A stretch of 56,212 nucleotides of DNA from Candidatus Opitulatrix roisinitermitis. Its GTDB lineage: Bacteria; Actinomycetota; Actinomycetes; Actinomycetales; Bifidobacteriaceae. Of this stretch, positions 1 to 9,216 are shown one piece after another. Where the stretch lies: NCBI GenBank assembly GCA_031288355.1, contig JAITRN010000087.1, positions 1 through 56,212 of the forward strand, written 5' to 3'. The translations under genes and the position numbers were made by a program. The notes beneath the pieces are model-generated. The model worked only from the letters and a program-made list of their open reading frames with translations. It was not told the origin of the DNA and ran no database searches. The number at the start of each line of letters is the position of its first letter. Position 1 is the stretch's first letter.

Positions 1-635
1 TTTTCAACAGCCCTAATAAGACCTAAATTTCCTTCTTGTATAAGATCCAAAAAAAGCATACCTCGGCCAGTATATCTTTTTGCTAAAGAAACAACTAATC
101 TTAAATTAGCTTCCAAAAGATGAACTTTAGCCTTAGCACCATCTTTAACTACCCACCTCATATTCCTAAGCTTTTGTCCGCTATACTTTTTGTTTTTATC
201 AGCTAAAAGGTGTGAAGCATATAAACCAGCTTCAATTCTTTTTGATAATTCAATCTCCTCATCACCAGATAATAGCGAAACGCGGCCTATCTGCTTCAAG
301 TAATCTCTAACAGGGTCTGATTTAGTTCCAGTGGCTAAAACCCTATTTCTAGCTTCTTCAGCTTCAGATTTTTTCTTAGCGACTTCATCAAAATCCGGCA
401 AAACGCTTTCTACAGATACAACTTCTTCAATTTCTTCTGCCTGATTATCGGTTACTTCGTCTAAATCTGTAGCTATTTCCTTTTTAACATTTTTCAATAT
501 AACATCATCTGCATCAGATTCATCTAAAGGTTTAAAAATTGTTTTTTCTAAATCTTCATCAATTAAAGATGCAATATCAACAGATTCTAAACTTGTTATT
601 TCCGCTTCATTTTCTATTTCGTCAGTTTTTGCCAT
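1..635 (-). CDS. rpoD: RNA polymerase primary sigma factor, N-terminal part (gene runs off the left edge)
   Basis: Absent from the ORF track because it stays open to position 1. The reverse-strand ATG is at 635-633. My translation gives [12 protein letters not shown]..., an acidic N-terminus. It continues with [35 protein letters not shown] and [37 protein letters not shown], which are sigma-70 regions 1.2 and 2, at the window edge. Confidence 0.9.
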   Translation of the reverse strand, partial: MAKTDEIENEAEITSLESVDIASLIDEDLEKTIFKPLDESDADDVILKNVKKEIATDLDEVTDNQAEEIEEVVSVESVLPDFDEVAKKKSEAEEARNRVLATGTKSDPVRDYLKQIGRVSLLSGDEEIELSKRIEAGLYASHLLADKNKKYSGQKLRNMRWVVKDGAKAKVHLLEANLRLVVSLAKRYTGRGMLFLDLIQEGNLGLIRAVE

Positions 636-746
636 ATATTATAGCATATCAACAAAATCTGCAAAAACTCTTATTTAAACAACCGAAAAAATCAAATTAT
701 TAAAAAAAAATAAATCAACCATTTAAAACAAAGCCTATTATTTTTT

Positions 747-1685
747 TTAATTAACACCTAAAATATCTATACAAAATATCAAAGTAGAATTTGGCGGAAT
801 TTGCCCAATAGCAACATTACCATAACCTAAACTAGGAGGCACAACCAGCATAACTCTAGAACCAATAGTTTTATCTTTTAGCCCTTCTGTCCAGCCCTTT
901 ATAACAGAGCCTTTCAAAGAAGCCACAAACGGACTATCTATTTTAGCATCAAATTGTGTTCCATTAGTCAACCATCCAGTATATTTAACACTTACTGTAT
1001 CATTAGATTGAATCTTTGCTCCATTTCCTTTTATCAAATAATAACTATCTAGTTTTTTTGGAGTATAATTTTCTCTTTTATATTGTTCTGGCAGAATTAA
1101 TTCAAAAGCTCCGTTAGCAGCTAGAGACGCGGACGGCTTAGATTTATCTACATTCACCTCTTCCCCTTCAGCAGTATTGTAGCCTTTTTGCTTGCCAACT
1201 ATTTTATTAACCATAATATAATTAGCCATTTGCCCACTATTAGCATTTTGCGAGCCAGTGAAAGATATAAAAATAGTGCCGACTTTTTTGCCTAACAATT
1301 GTCCATACAAACCATCAGGCATAGAATTTGATTGCATAGTCAAAATATTTAAACTCTTTTTATCTCCCCAGGCAGAAGTTAAAATTTTATATTCCGAGTT
1401 ATTAATACTTTGATATGTGTCTGTTTTGACTTCTAAACGATCAGTCTGTTCAATCAGCCCTCCTTCGCCATTGTGAATAACTGAATAAACATTTTGCAAA
1501 AGATTTATTGTTGGATCAATAATGAGTTTAGGTTCATCTTTTAAATTAGCATCTTTCACAGTAATTTTAGACAATTCAGATGGCAAATTAACCTTAGGGG
1601 CATCTTCCTCCGATGAGCAACTTGATAGAAAAACGCCGCAGAAGAATAAAGCAATAAAACTAAAAAAAATTATAACCTTTTTCAT
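747..1685 (-). CDS. FKBP-type peptidyl-prolyl cis-trans isomerase lipoprotein
   Basis: I trimmed the track ORF 747..1934 to Met84 (ATG 1685-1683). From there the product starts MKKVIIFFSFIALFFCGVFLSSC, a signal peptide with a lipobox. The C-terminus, VSVKYTGWLTNGTQFD...VIKGWTEGL...GSRVMLVVPPSLGYG, is a typical FKBP domain. The longer ORF would overlap the divergent gene at 1711. Confidence 0.8.
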   Translation of the reverse strand: MKKVIIFFSFIALFFCGVFLSSCSSEEDAPKVNLPSELSKITVKDANLKDEPKLIIDPTINLLQNVYSVIHNGEGGLIEQTDRLEVKTDTYQSINNSEYKILTSAWGDKKSLNILTMQSNSMPDGLYGQLLGKKVGTIFISFTGSQNANSGQMANYIMVNKIVGKQKGYNTAEGEEVNVDKSKPSASLAANGAFELILPEQYKRENYTPKKLDSYYLIKGNGAKIQSNDTVSVKYTGWLTNGTQFDAKIDSPFVASLKGSVIKGWTEGLKDKTIGSRVMLVVPPSLGYGNVAIGQIPPNSTLIFCIDILGVN

Positions 1686-1691
1686 AATAAA

Positions 1692-1697
1692 ATTATA
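1692..1697 (-). promoter_or_regulatory. candidate -10 box (TGTATAAT on the minus strand) 6 nt upstream of the FKBP ATG; implies a leaderless mRNA
   Basis: The reverse complement of 1686-1699 reads TGTATAAT-TTTATT-ATG. There is no Shine-Dalgarno sequence. The same TGTATAAT + 6 nt + ATG arrangement precedes ligA. Confidence 0.3.
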
Positions 1698-1702
1698 CAG
1701 TA

Positions 1703-1708
1703 TATAAT
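1703..1708 (+). promoter_or_regulatory. candidate -10 box (TATAAT) 8 nt upstream of the second ATG (1717) of the 1711..3648 ORF
   Basis: A perfect TATAAT lies at 1703-1708, back to back with the FKBP -10 box inside a 25-bp divergent spacer. No Shine-Dalgarno sequence is visible. Confidence 0.25.
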
Positions 1709-1710
1709 TA

Positions 1711-3648
1711 ATGTATATGTCAAAAAAGAAAATAGTTAGTATAATATTGTTATTTTTAGCAATTATCATAATAATTGTGTCTGGAAGCCTTTTATTATTT
1801 TCACCATCAAACAAAAAGAATACTTCAATTGCTAATATACCGGGAAACTCTTCTTTTGCTATTATAAACCCCGGCATTTTGCAAGCTATTGGCAAGAATT
1901 CTTCAATTGCTGTTGCTGGAGGGGCTAATGACACTATTCAAATTGCTTATGGAAATTTCAAAGACGCCAGCGGATATTTTGCAGACGACACAACCTATAC
2001 TGCTATAACTGATTGGCAAACAAAAGATCTTTGGCAAACTCAAACCTTTTTAGCAACAAAAAAACCACCAGCCCTGCCATTAGATATCTCCACATCTGAT
2101 ATGTTCGATGTAATTACAACTTCTAATGGAAGTGCTAATTTTGATTTAAGTTCTTTAGAAAATTTCACTAATGATTCCACACTAATTATTGCTCATAAGG
2201 GCTCAAGTGCTCCTATGACAATTTCTATAGAATGGGCTAATTTTACAACTGGCATTATAAGCATTTTCGGCTTTATTTTAGGATTCGTCTTGCTTTTAGG
2301 CGCGAGTATTGGGTTCTTTGTTTCACCTGGCAAATCTCGCCATAGCAAAAATGTTGAGAAAAAAACTCTTGTTCAACATGTGTCTCACAAAGTCAAAAAA
2401 TTTAATACCTTAGCAGAAATTGAATATGATATCAGTAAAATTGATAAAAAGGCTATCAACAATAATAATCTAAAAGGCAATAATTCTGAAAAATTGGTCA
2501 AAAGAAATCGCGATGAAAATAAAACTTTTTTCAATGTTAACAAAACCGAAAAAAGAGTGGAAAATAAAATGAAAAAACAAAAATCAAATACACCAAAAAA
2601 CCAAAAAAATGACAAACTTAAAAGAGCTTCTTCAAAAGGCTATGCGCATATGAAAATTTTAATTTTTGTGTGTTTGGGTTGTTTTACTATTACATTATCT
2701 AGCTGCTCAGACCAAATTCCCTCTATTGAACAAACCTCATCACAGCTTCAGCCAGACATCTCTATCGAACAACAACAAAAAATATTTTCTAATATTTTAT
2801 CGACTATACAAGACTGCGACGAAAGAACTGATTCTATTAAATTACAAACTAGACTTTATGGCCCGGCTTATAAAATAAGATCTGCTCAACTAATTGAAAA
2901 AAATTATCTAAACAAAATGCCAGATTCAGCCCAAATACCACAAATGACAGACCAAATAATAATTTCTAATAATCAAGGTTGGCCAAGAACTAACGCTATT
3001 ATCACCAAACCTACTCCTGATATGCAATCTCAAAGACTTTTATTTATTACACAAACTCAAGCTCGCTCAAACTATAAATTATGGGGTTTAGTTAGAATTT
3101 TTTCAAATATAACGTTGCCAAAATTTAATTCTGCCCTAGACGGTAGCCAAACCATTTTATCAGATGACCGAACACTGAAAAAGCCCCCTAGCCAAGTCTT
3201 ATCAGATTATGCTCATTTTCTAGAAAAAAGCCAAAAAAATACCAGTCAACAATTAGTAGATAGCCAATTTTCCTCTGACTCGTTCATTGAACAATTAACA
3301 TCCATAGCTAAAACTGTTGAACAAGGCGTTAAACAAAACGAAGGTTCGCAAAAACAAACTTTTTCAGCCTATACCAATAATATTCAAGGCATTAGAACAT
3401 CTGATGGCGGAGCTTTAATTATGGGCCAAATTGATTCTGATTGGAAAAGGACTTCTGGCGGTAATCGTTTATCTAAACCAGCCTCAGATGAAGAATCGGC
3501 GATTTTCGGAAACGCAAAAGCCACTCAGTCTATTCTTATTCATTATATAAATGTCGTAGCAATTTATATTCCTGTTAAAAACAACACTGAACAAACTATT
3601 CAAGTAATTGGAGCAGAAAGAATGCCTGTGGAGGCAAAACCACAATAA
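1711..3648 (+). CDS. hypothetical composite membrane protein: two-TM N-terminal module, lysine-rich linker, internal lipoprotein-type signal and a ~330-aa C-terminal domain
   Basis: Track ORF of 645 aa. One TM segment lies near residues 8-30 and another near 190-212 (GIISIFGFILGFVLLLGASIGFFV). About 100 aa of K/N-rich sequence follow. At Met314 (ATG 2650) the sequence reads MKILIFVCLGCFTITLSSC, a textbook lipoprotein signal, in frame with no stop before it. I recognise no family. The start could be 1711 or 1717. Confidence 0.55.
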   Translation: MYMSKKKIVSIILLFLAIIIIIVSGSLLLFSPSNKKNTSIANIPGNSSFAIINPGILQAIGKNSSIAVAGGANDTIQIAYGNFKDASGYFADDTTYTAITDWQTKDLWQTQTFLATKKPPALPLDISTSDMFDVITTSNGSANFDLSSLENFTNDSTLIIAHKGSSAPMTISIEWANFTTGIISIFGFILGFVLLLGASIGFFVSPGKSRHSKNVEKKTLVQHVSHKVKKFNTLAEIEYDISKIDKKAINNNNLKGNNSEKLVKRNRDENKTFFNVNKTEKRVENKMKKQKSNTPKNQKNDKLKRASSKGYAHMKILIFVCLGCFTITLSSCSDQIPSIEQTSSQLQPDISIEQQQKIFSNILSTIQDCDERTDSIKLQTRLYGPAYKIRSAQLIEKNYLNKMPDSAQIPQMTDQIIISNNQGWPRTNAIITKPTPDMQSQRLLFITQTQARSNYKLWGLVRIFSNITLPKFNSALDGSQTILSDDRTLKKPPSQVLSDYAHFLEKSQKNTSQQLVDSQFSSDSFIEQLTSIAKTVEQGVKQNEGSQKQTFSAYTNNIQGIRTSDGGALIMGQIDSDWKRTSGGNRLSKPASDEESAIFGNAKATQSILIHYINVVAIYIPVKNNTEQTIQVIGAERMPVEAKPQ

Positions 3649-3653
3649 AAAAA

Positions 3654-4547
3654 ATGACTAAAAAAAACAAAAACAGCAACGAAGAAAATATTATCATTAT
3701 AACAGGACTTTCTGGAGCTGGCAAAACCCACGCTTCTGGGGTTTTTCAGGATTTAGGTTATTTTGTGATAGATAATACCCCTCCCCAAATCATTCCTGCT
3801 CTTACTCAAATTGTTAAATCACATGGAGAGATTAACAAAAAATTGGCAATAGTTGCAGATATTAGAAGCGGAAAATATTTTGACCAACTTGACGAAATTC
3901 TGAATTCTCTGTCAAATAACGGCATTGATGTAACTATCTTATTTTTAAGCACTAAAACAAATACACTAATTAAACGTTATGAATCAAGCAGACGACCACA
4001 CCCTTTACAAAATAATGGGTCCTTGCTTGATGGCATTAATCAAGAAAAAAATATTTTACGATCTCTAAAATTAAAAGCAGACTATGTAATTGATACATCG
4101 AATTTATCTATTCATGATCTATCTAGAGAAATTAATGAAATTTTTGATAAAAAGAACTCTAAACATATAAAAATTAAAATTACATCTTTTGGTTTTAAAT
4201 ATGGTGTCCCGATTGATGCAAATTTCGTCATAGATGTTCGTTTTTTGCCAAATCCTTATTGGCAAAAAGATTTAACTCAAAAAACTGGCAACCAAAAAGA
4301 AGTTTCTGATTTTGTTTTCAAACAACCAGAAGCCAAAGAGTTTGTTGAAAAGTTTGCTAGACTGATATTATCTGTAACAGATAAATTTATTCACGAAAAT
4401 AAACGTTATCTATCAATTGCAATAGGCTGCACAGGCGGAAGGCATAGATCGGTAGCTGTTGCAAACAAATTAAAAACATTACTAACTAAAAAAGATATAG
4501 ACATAACTATTTCTGCAAGAGATATCAATAAAAAAACTGATATATAA
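3654..4547 (+). CDS. rapZ: RNase adapter / nucleotide-binding protein RapZ (YvcJ family)
   Basis: Walker A motif ITGLSGAGKT at the N-terminus and a length of 297 aa. FGFKYG.P.DA..V.DVRFLPNPY and the C-terminal GCTGG.HRSV are RapZ signatures. It sits directly upstream of whiA. Confidence 0.9.
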   Translation: MTKKNKNSNEENIIIITGLSGAGKTHASGVFQDLGYFVIDNTPPQIIPALTQIVKSHGEINKKLAIVADIRSGKYFDQLDEILNSLSNNGIDVTILFLSTKTNTLIKRYESSRRPHPLQNNGSLLDGINQEKNILRSLKLKADYVIDTSNLSIHDLSREINEIFDKKNSKHIKIKITSFGFKYGVPIDANFVIDVRFLPNPYWQKDLTQKTGNQKEVSDFVFKQPEAKEFVEKFARLILSVTDKFIHENKRYLSIAIGCTGGRHRSVAVANKLKTLLTKKDIDITISARDINKKTDI

Positions 4548-4562
4548 GATGAAAGGCGGTAG

Positions 4563-5555
4563 ATGAGTTTTACACAATTGGTAATTGACGAAATATCTGA
4601 TATATCGGTTGCCGAAGAAGAGACTAAAAAAATAATCGTTTCTGTCGCCATGCGCCTAAATGGCGAACTAAAAGCTGAAAAAAAAAGATTAATTATTAAT
4701 ATACATACCAGATCTTTGCAATTTGCCAAAAAACTTCATTCATATATAAAATCATCATTTGGAGAAAGTTCTAAAATTTTCAAATACCCCGAAGCCAAGC
4801 TAAGCAATAGTTTAGAGCATTATATTGTGCAGCATAAAAGCAAAGATGCCTCGTTGATTAAAAAAGCTGGACTAACAGGCAAAACTGGATTACCCGTAAA
4901 AGGCTTTTCTTCAAATATAATACATGCTGAAAAACAAATCCTTAAACATGTTATTGCTACCGCTTTTATCTGTACAGGCAAAATTGGCGACCCCGAAAAA
5001 GCCAGCACTGTTGAAATTACTACACCAAATAGCGATATTGCAATGGCCTTAGATGGCATTTTAAAGAAATTAGGAGTAGAATCAAAAATTAAAACACCTC
5101 GCGGAATTAGTAAAGTGATTATTAAAGATAAATATGATATTGCTGAATTCTTGAGTTTTTCTGGTGCTATAAATTCATCAGAAAAATTTTTAAAAACATA
5201 TATAAAAGTACCAAAAATCAAATTAAAAACACATAATAAAACGTCATCTGACATTAATTCTTTAAAATCTTATAGAGCAAGTGAAATAGCTATTTTAAAA
5301 GCAAAAAGAGCTTTAGAAATTCTCAAAGACGAAAATATAAAAAATGAATTAATTCAAGCAGCCAAAACTAGAATTGCTCACCCTAATAAATCATTAGAAA
5401 AATTAGCCAGCTGCTCTAATCCGCCAATCACAAAAGACGCTATTGCTTCAAGATTAAGACGTTTAAATAGCTTAGCTGACAAAAGAGCTAGTGAAAAAAA
5501 TATTCCCTCAACAGCTGACGCTACAAAAAATTGCACTTTTGGAGAGAGAAAATAA
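4563..5555 (+). CDS. whiA: DNA-binding cell-division/sporulation regulator WhiA
   Basis: Starts MSFTQLVIDEIS, like WhiA proteins, and is 330 aa. It has a C-terminal HTH region (IAHPNKSLEKLA...ITKDAIASRLRRLNSLA). An AAAGGCGG Shine-Dalgarno sequence precedes the ATG. Confidence 0.85.
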   Translation: MSFTQLVIDEISDISVAEEETKKIIVSVAMRLNGELKAEKKRLIINIHTRSLQFAKKLHSYIKSSFGESSKIFKYPEAKLSNSLEHYIVQHKSKDASLIKKAGLTGKTGLPVKGFSSNIIHAEKQILKHVIATAFICTGKIGDPEKASTVEITTPNSDIAMALDGILKKLGVESKIKTPRGISKVIIKDKYDIAEFLSFSGAINSSEKFLKTYIKVPKIKLKTHNKTSSDINSLKSYRASEIAILKAKRALEILKDENIKNELIQAAKTRIAHPNKSLEKLASCSNPPITKDAIASRLRRLNSLADKRASEKNIPSTADATKNCTFGERK

Positions 5556-5579
5556 ATTTCAAAATAAAATAATATTATT

Positions 5580-6851
5580 ATGATTGATATTAAATTAATT
5601 CGCCAAAATCCTGAAATAGCAAAAAATTCACAAATTAGCCGCGGTAAAGATCCGCAAATTGTGGATAAATTATTAGACATCGACGCTTTATACAGAAATG
5701 CTATTACAAATTCAGAAAATCTCAAAGCTAAACAAAATGAATTAGGAAAATTAATTCCCAAAGCTAATAAACAAGAAAAATCAAAACTTTTAGCAAAGCT
5801 AAAAGTTTTATCCAAAGAAGCAGAATCTTCTAAAACCCAAACTAATAAACTAGAGCAAAAGTATCTTAAATTAGCAAAATCACTTGATAATCTTATAGCT
5901 GAAGCCCCTCCTGGCGGAGAAAAAGATTATATAGTACTAGAAGAAATTGGAAGTCCAAGAAATTTTATAAATGAAGGCATAAAAATTAAAGACCATTTAG
6001 ATATAGGCCAGAATTTAAATATTTTAGACACTATTCGCGGGGCTAAAGTTTCAGGAGCAAGATTTTATTTTTTAAAAGGCTTAGGAGCGCAGCTTGAATT
6101 AGCCATACAAAGATTAGCATTGGATATAGCTACTTCTGAAAACATAACGCCTATTATAACACCAACATTAGTTTTGCCTGAAATTATGGATGGAACAGGT
6201 TTTTTAGGTGAACATTCAGCAGAAATTTATAAATTAGCAGAACCAGATAACGTTTATTTAGTTGGAACAAGTGAAGTAGCTATTGCTGGTTTTCATCAAA
6301 ATGAAATTCTCAATTTAAAAAATTCTGATATTTCTTATGCCGGGATTTCAACTTGTTACCGCCGAGAAGCTGGGTCTTACGGAAAAGATACAAGAGGTAT
6401 TATAAGAGTTCATCAATTCAACAAAGTTGAGATGTTTGTATTTTGCAAACCTGAAAATGCTGAAAAACAACATCAAAGAATTTTAAATATTGAAAAAAAA
6501 ATATTAAATGCTATGGAAATACCTTATAGGATTATAGATGTCGCTGCTGGCGATTTGGGCTCATCAGCTGCTAGAAAATTTGATTGTGAAGCTTATTTAC
6601 CTTCACAAAATAGATATTTAGAATTAACTTCCACTTCCAATTGCACAACCTACCAAGCCAGAAGATTAAATATAAGATATATTGGAAATGACGGCAAAAA
6701 ACACATGGCAGCTACCCTAAACGGCACACTAACAACGACTAGATGGTTGGTGGCGCTTTTGGAAAATCACCAACAAGCTGACGGGAGTGTCAAAATTCCT
6801 AAAGCTTTAACAAAATATATGAATGGGCTAGAATATATCAAAATAGAATAA
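5580..6851 (+). CDS. serS: seryl-tRNA synthetase
   Basis: Starts MIDIKLIRQNPE with an N-terminal coiled-coil arm. Class II motifs are present (GTSEVAIAGFH, YRREAGSYGKDTRGIIRVHQF.KVE, TLNGT). 423 aa. Confidence 0.95.
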   Translation: MIDIKLIRQNPEIAKNSQISRGKDPQIVDKLLDIDALYRNAITNSENLKAKQNELGKLIPKANKQEKSKLLAKLKVLSKEAESSKTQTNKLEQKYLKLAKSLDNLIAEAPPGGEKDYIVLEEIGSPRNFINEGIKIKDHLDIGQNLNILDTIRGAKVSGARFYFLKGLGAQLELAIQRLALDIATSENITPIITPTLVLPEIMDGTGFLGEHSAEIYKLAEPDNVYLVGTSEVAIAGFHQNEILNLKNSDISYAGISTCYRREAGSYGKDTRGIIRVHQFNKVEMFVFCKPENAEKQHQRILNIEKKILNAMEIPYRIIDVAAGDLGSSAARKFDCEAYLPSQNRYLELTSTSNCTTYQARRLNIRYIGNDGKKHMAATLNGTLTTTRWLVALLENHQQADGSVKIPKALTKYMNGLEYIKIE

Positions 6852-6871
6852 AACAAATTTCTAAGGCTGAT

Positions 6872-7846
6872 TTACTTATCTTCATCTAAATGTTTAAGCA
6901 AATATTTAACATCATCTAAATTTGCTACTCTAACAAGTTTCATTCGCATATCACTTCCTATTGAAAACCCTTTAAAGTACCATATAAGAAATTTTCTAAG
7001 AAGCTTTACTGCCTGATTTTCATCAGAATAATATTCAATTAACATATCAGTATGATATAAAACTATTTGTTTAATTTTTTTTAAATCAAAGTAATTTTTT
7101 GGATAATATTTATTAGTTTTCCAACCTAAATTCTGTGCAATCTCTTCAAAAATCCACGGTTTGCCCAAAGCTGCCCTGCCAATAGCTATACCATCCACTC
7201 CTGTGACTTCAAACATGCGTTTAGCATCTTTGAAATCTCTCACATCTCCATTGCCAAAAACCTTTATAGATAAACGGTTTTTCAAATCTGCTATTTTTGA
7301 CCAATCAGCTTGCCCTTTATACATTTGCTTCATATAACGAGCGTGTAAAGTCACTAAAGAACAGCCTTGTTCCTCTGCTATTTCACCAGCCTGGATATAA
7401 GTTTGATTTTTTTCATCCGTTCCTATTCTAAATTTACAAGTTATAGGCACTTTTTTTTTAGCCGCCAAAACTGCTGCTTGGATAATGTCTTTATAAAGAT
7501 CTAAATTAGTTAAAATCATTGCACCGCCGCCATTTTGAGTAATCTTCTTTACAGGACAACCAAAATTCAAATCAACATGATCTGCTATGTTTTCAGCAAC
7601 TATTTTTCTAACAACTTCAAAAATCTCGTCTGGGAATTTACTAAATATTTGCAAAGAACGATATTTTTCTTTTTTAGAAAAAACAACCATTTTTTTGGCT
7701 TTACAATTATTTTCTATCAAAGACCTTGCATTAACCATTTCTCCTACATAAAATGCTTCTTTATAAAATTCTTGACACAATCTCCGATAGGGTGAATTAG
7801 TGACACCTGCCATTGGAGACAAGGCTAACCTATAATTAGGCAACAT
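6872..7846 (-). CDS. dus: tRNA-dihydrouridine synthase
   Basis: Contains LSPMAGVTNSPYRRLC, DLNFGCPV (catalytic Cys), VTLHAR, GNGDV and IGRAALGKPWIF. Its ATG overlaps the glyQS stop by 1 nt (TAATG). Confidence 0.9.
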   Translation of the reverse strand: MLPNYRLALSPMAGVTNSPYRRLCQEFYKEAFYVGEMVNARSLIENNCKAKKMVVFSKKEKYRSLQIFSKFPDEIFEVVRKIVAENIADHVDLNFGCPVKKITQNGGGAMILTNLDLYKDIIQAAVLAAKKKVPITCKFRIGTDEKNQTYIQAGEIAEEQGCSLVTLHARYMKQMYKGQADWSKIADLKNRLSIKVFGNGDVRDFKDAKRMFEVTGVDGIAIGRAALGKPWIFEEIAQNLGWKTNKYYPKNYFDLKKIKQIVLYHTDMLIEYYSDENQAVKLLRKFLIWYFKGFSIGSDMRMKLVRVANLDDVKYLLKHLDEDK

Positions 7847-9216
7847 TAAAGTTTTTCGGCTAAATAACTTTTTAACTGAGATAAATTTATTCTGTCTTGT
7901 TTCATAGTATCTCGATTTCTAACAGTAACACAATTGTCATTTAGAGAATCAAAATCATAAGTTACACAAAACGGCGTGCCAATTTCATCATGTCTTCTAT
8001 AGCGACGGCCAATTGCTCCTGCATCATCATAATCAACATTCCATACCTTTCTCAAATCAGCGGCTATTTTGCCAGCTGCTGGTGACAAATCTTGATGTTT
8101 AGAAAGAGGCAAAATAGCCGCTTTATAAGGTGCAAGACGAAAATCTAAACGTAAAACAATTCTTTCATCCACACCGCCCTTAGTATTTGGAGCTTCGTCT
8201 TGGGTATAAGCATCTATCAAAAACGCCATTAATGAACGCGTTAGGCCAGCAGCTGGTTCAATAACATAAGGAAAATATTTTTCGCCAGTTATTTGATCAA
8301 AATATTTCAATTCTTTATTAGAATTTTGACTATGAGTTTTTAAATCAAAATCGCCTCTATTAGCAATACCTTCCAATTCTCCCCAATCGCTGCCTTCAAA
8401 ACCAAATTTATATTCTATATCGACTGTCCTTTTAGAATAGTGAGAAAGTTTTTCCTTAGGGTGCTCAAAAGTGCGTAAATTATTTTCCGAAATTCCTAAA
8501 TCTTTATACCAATTTAATCTTTGTTCTAACCAATAGTCAAACCATTTAGCATCTTCTTTAGGCTGAACAAAAAATTCCATTTCCATTTGTTCAAATTCTC
8601 TAGTTCTAAAAATGAAATTACTAGGAGTTATTTCATTTCTAAAAGATTTACCCACTTGAGCTATACCAAACGGCAATTTTTGCCGAGAGGCGGTTTGGAC
8701 ATTAGCAAAATTTATAAATATACCTTGGGCGGTTTCAGGCCGTAAATAATGTAAACCAGAATCATCTTCAACAGCCCCTAAATAGGTTTTAAGCATCATA
8801 TTAAAATCACGAGGAGAGGTCCATTTTCCTTTTGTCCCGCATTCTGGACAAACTAATTGCGACATATCTTTTGGCAAATTTTTATGTTTAGCTTCATAAG
8901 ATTCTAGCAAATGATCATATCTTTGCCGTTTGTGGCATTGTAAACATTCTATTAACGGGTCTGTAAAAACACCAAGATGCCCCGAAGCTTCCCAAACTTG
9001 TTTAGGCAAAATAACTGCCGAATCTAAACCAACTACATTATCTCTTGATGTAACTATATTATTCCACCACTGTTTTTTAATATTCTCTTTCAGTTCAACG
9101 CCTAACGGCCCATAGTCCCAAGCTGAACGAGTCCCTCCATAGATTTCACCAGACGGAAAAACAAATCCTCTGCGTTTAGCCAATGTTATAACATCGGCTA
9201 AATTACTTTTACTCAT
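7846..9216 (-). CDS. glyQS: glycyl-tRNA synthetase, dimeric class II type
   Basis: 456 aa. Starts with [14 protein letters not shown], followed by [19 protein letters not shown] and IEPAAGL.R. Its ATG (9216-9214) lies 8 nt inside the end of rpoC. Confidence 0.95.
   Translation of the reverse strand: MSKSNLADVITLAKRRGFVFPSGEIYGGTRSAWDYGPLGVELKENIKKQWWNNIVTSRDNVVGLDSAVILPKQVWEASGHLGVFTDPLIECLQCHKRQRYDHLLESYEAKHKNLPKDMSQLVCPECGTKGKWTSPRDFNMMLKTYLGAVEDDSGLHYLRPETAQGIFINFANVQTASRQKLPFGIAQVGKSFRNEITPSNFIFRTREFEQMEMEFFVQPKEDAKWFDYWLEQRLNWYKDLGISENNLRTFEHPKEKLSHYSKRTVDIEYKFGFEGSDWGELEGIANRGDFDLKTHSQNSNKELKYFDQITGEKYFPYVIEPAAGLTRSLMAFLIDAYTQDEAPNTKGGVDERIVLRLDFRLAPYKAAILPLSKHQDLSPAAGKIAADLRKVWNVDYDDAGAIGRRYRRHDEIGTPFCVTYDFDSLNDNCVTVRNRDTMKQDRINLSQLKSYLAEKL

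Noticed and set aside
747-1934. Full-length 395-aa version of the FKBP ORF, and the 61-aa ORF at 1522-1707.
   Set aside because: The first 83 codons would overlap the divergent 1711 gene and read as nonsense low complexity. Met84 begins a perfect lipoprotein signal. The 1522-1707 ORF is antisense within the FKBP gene.
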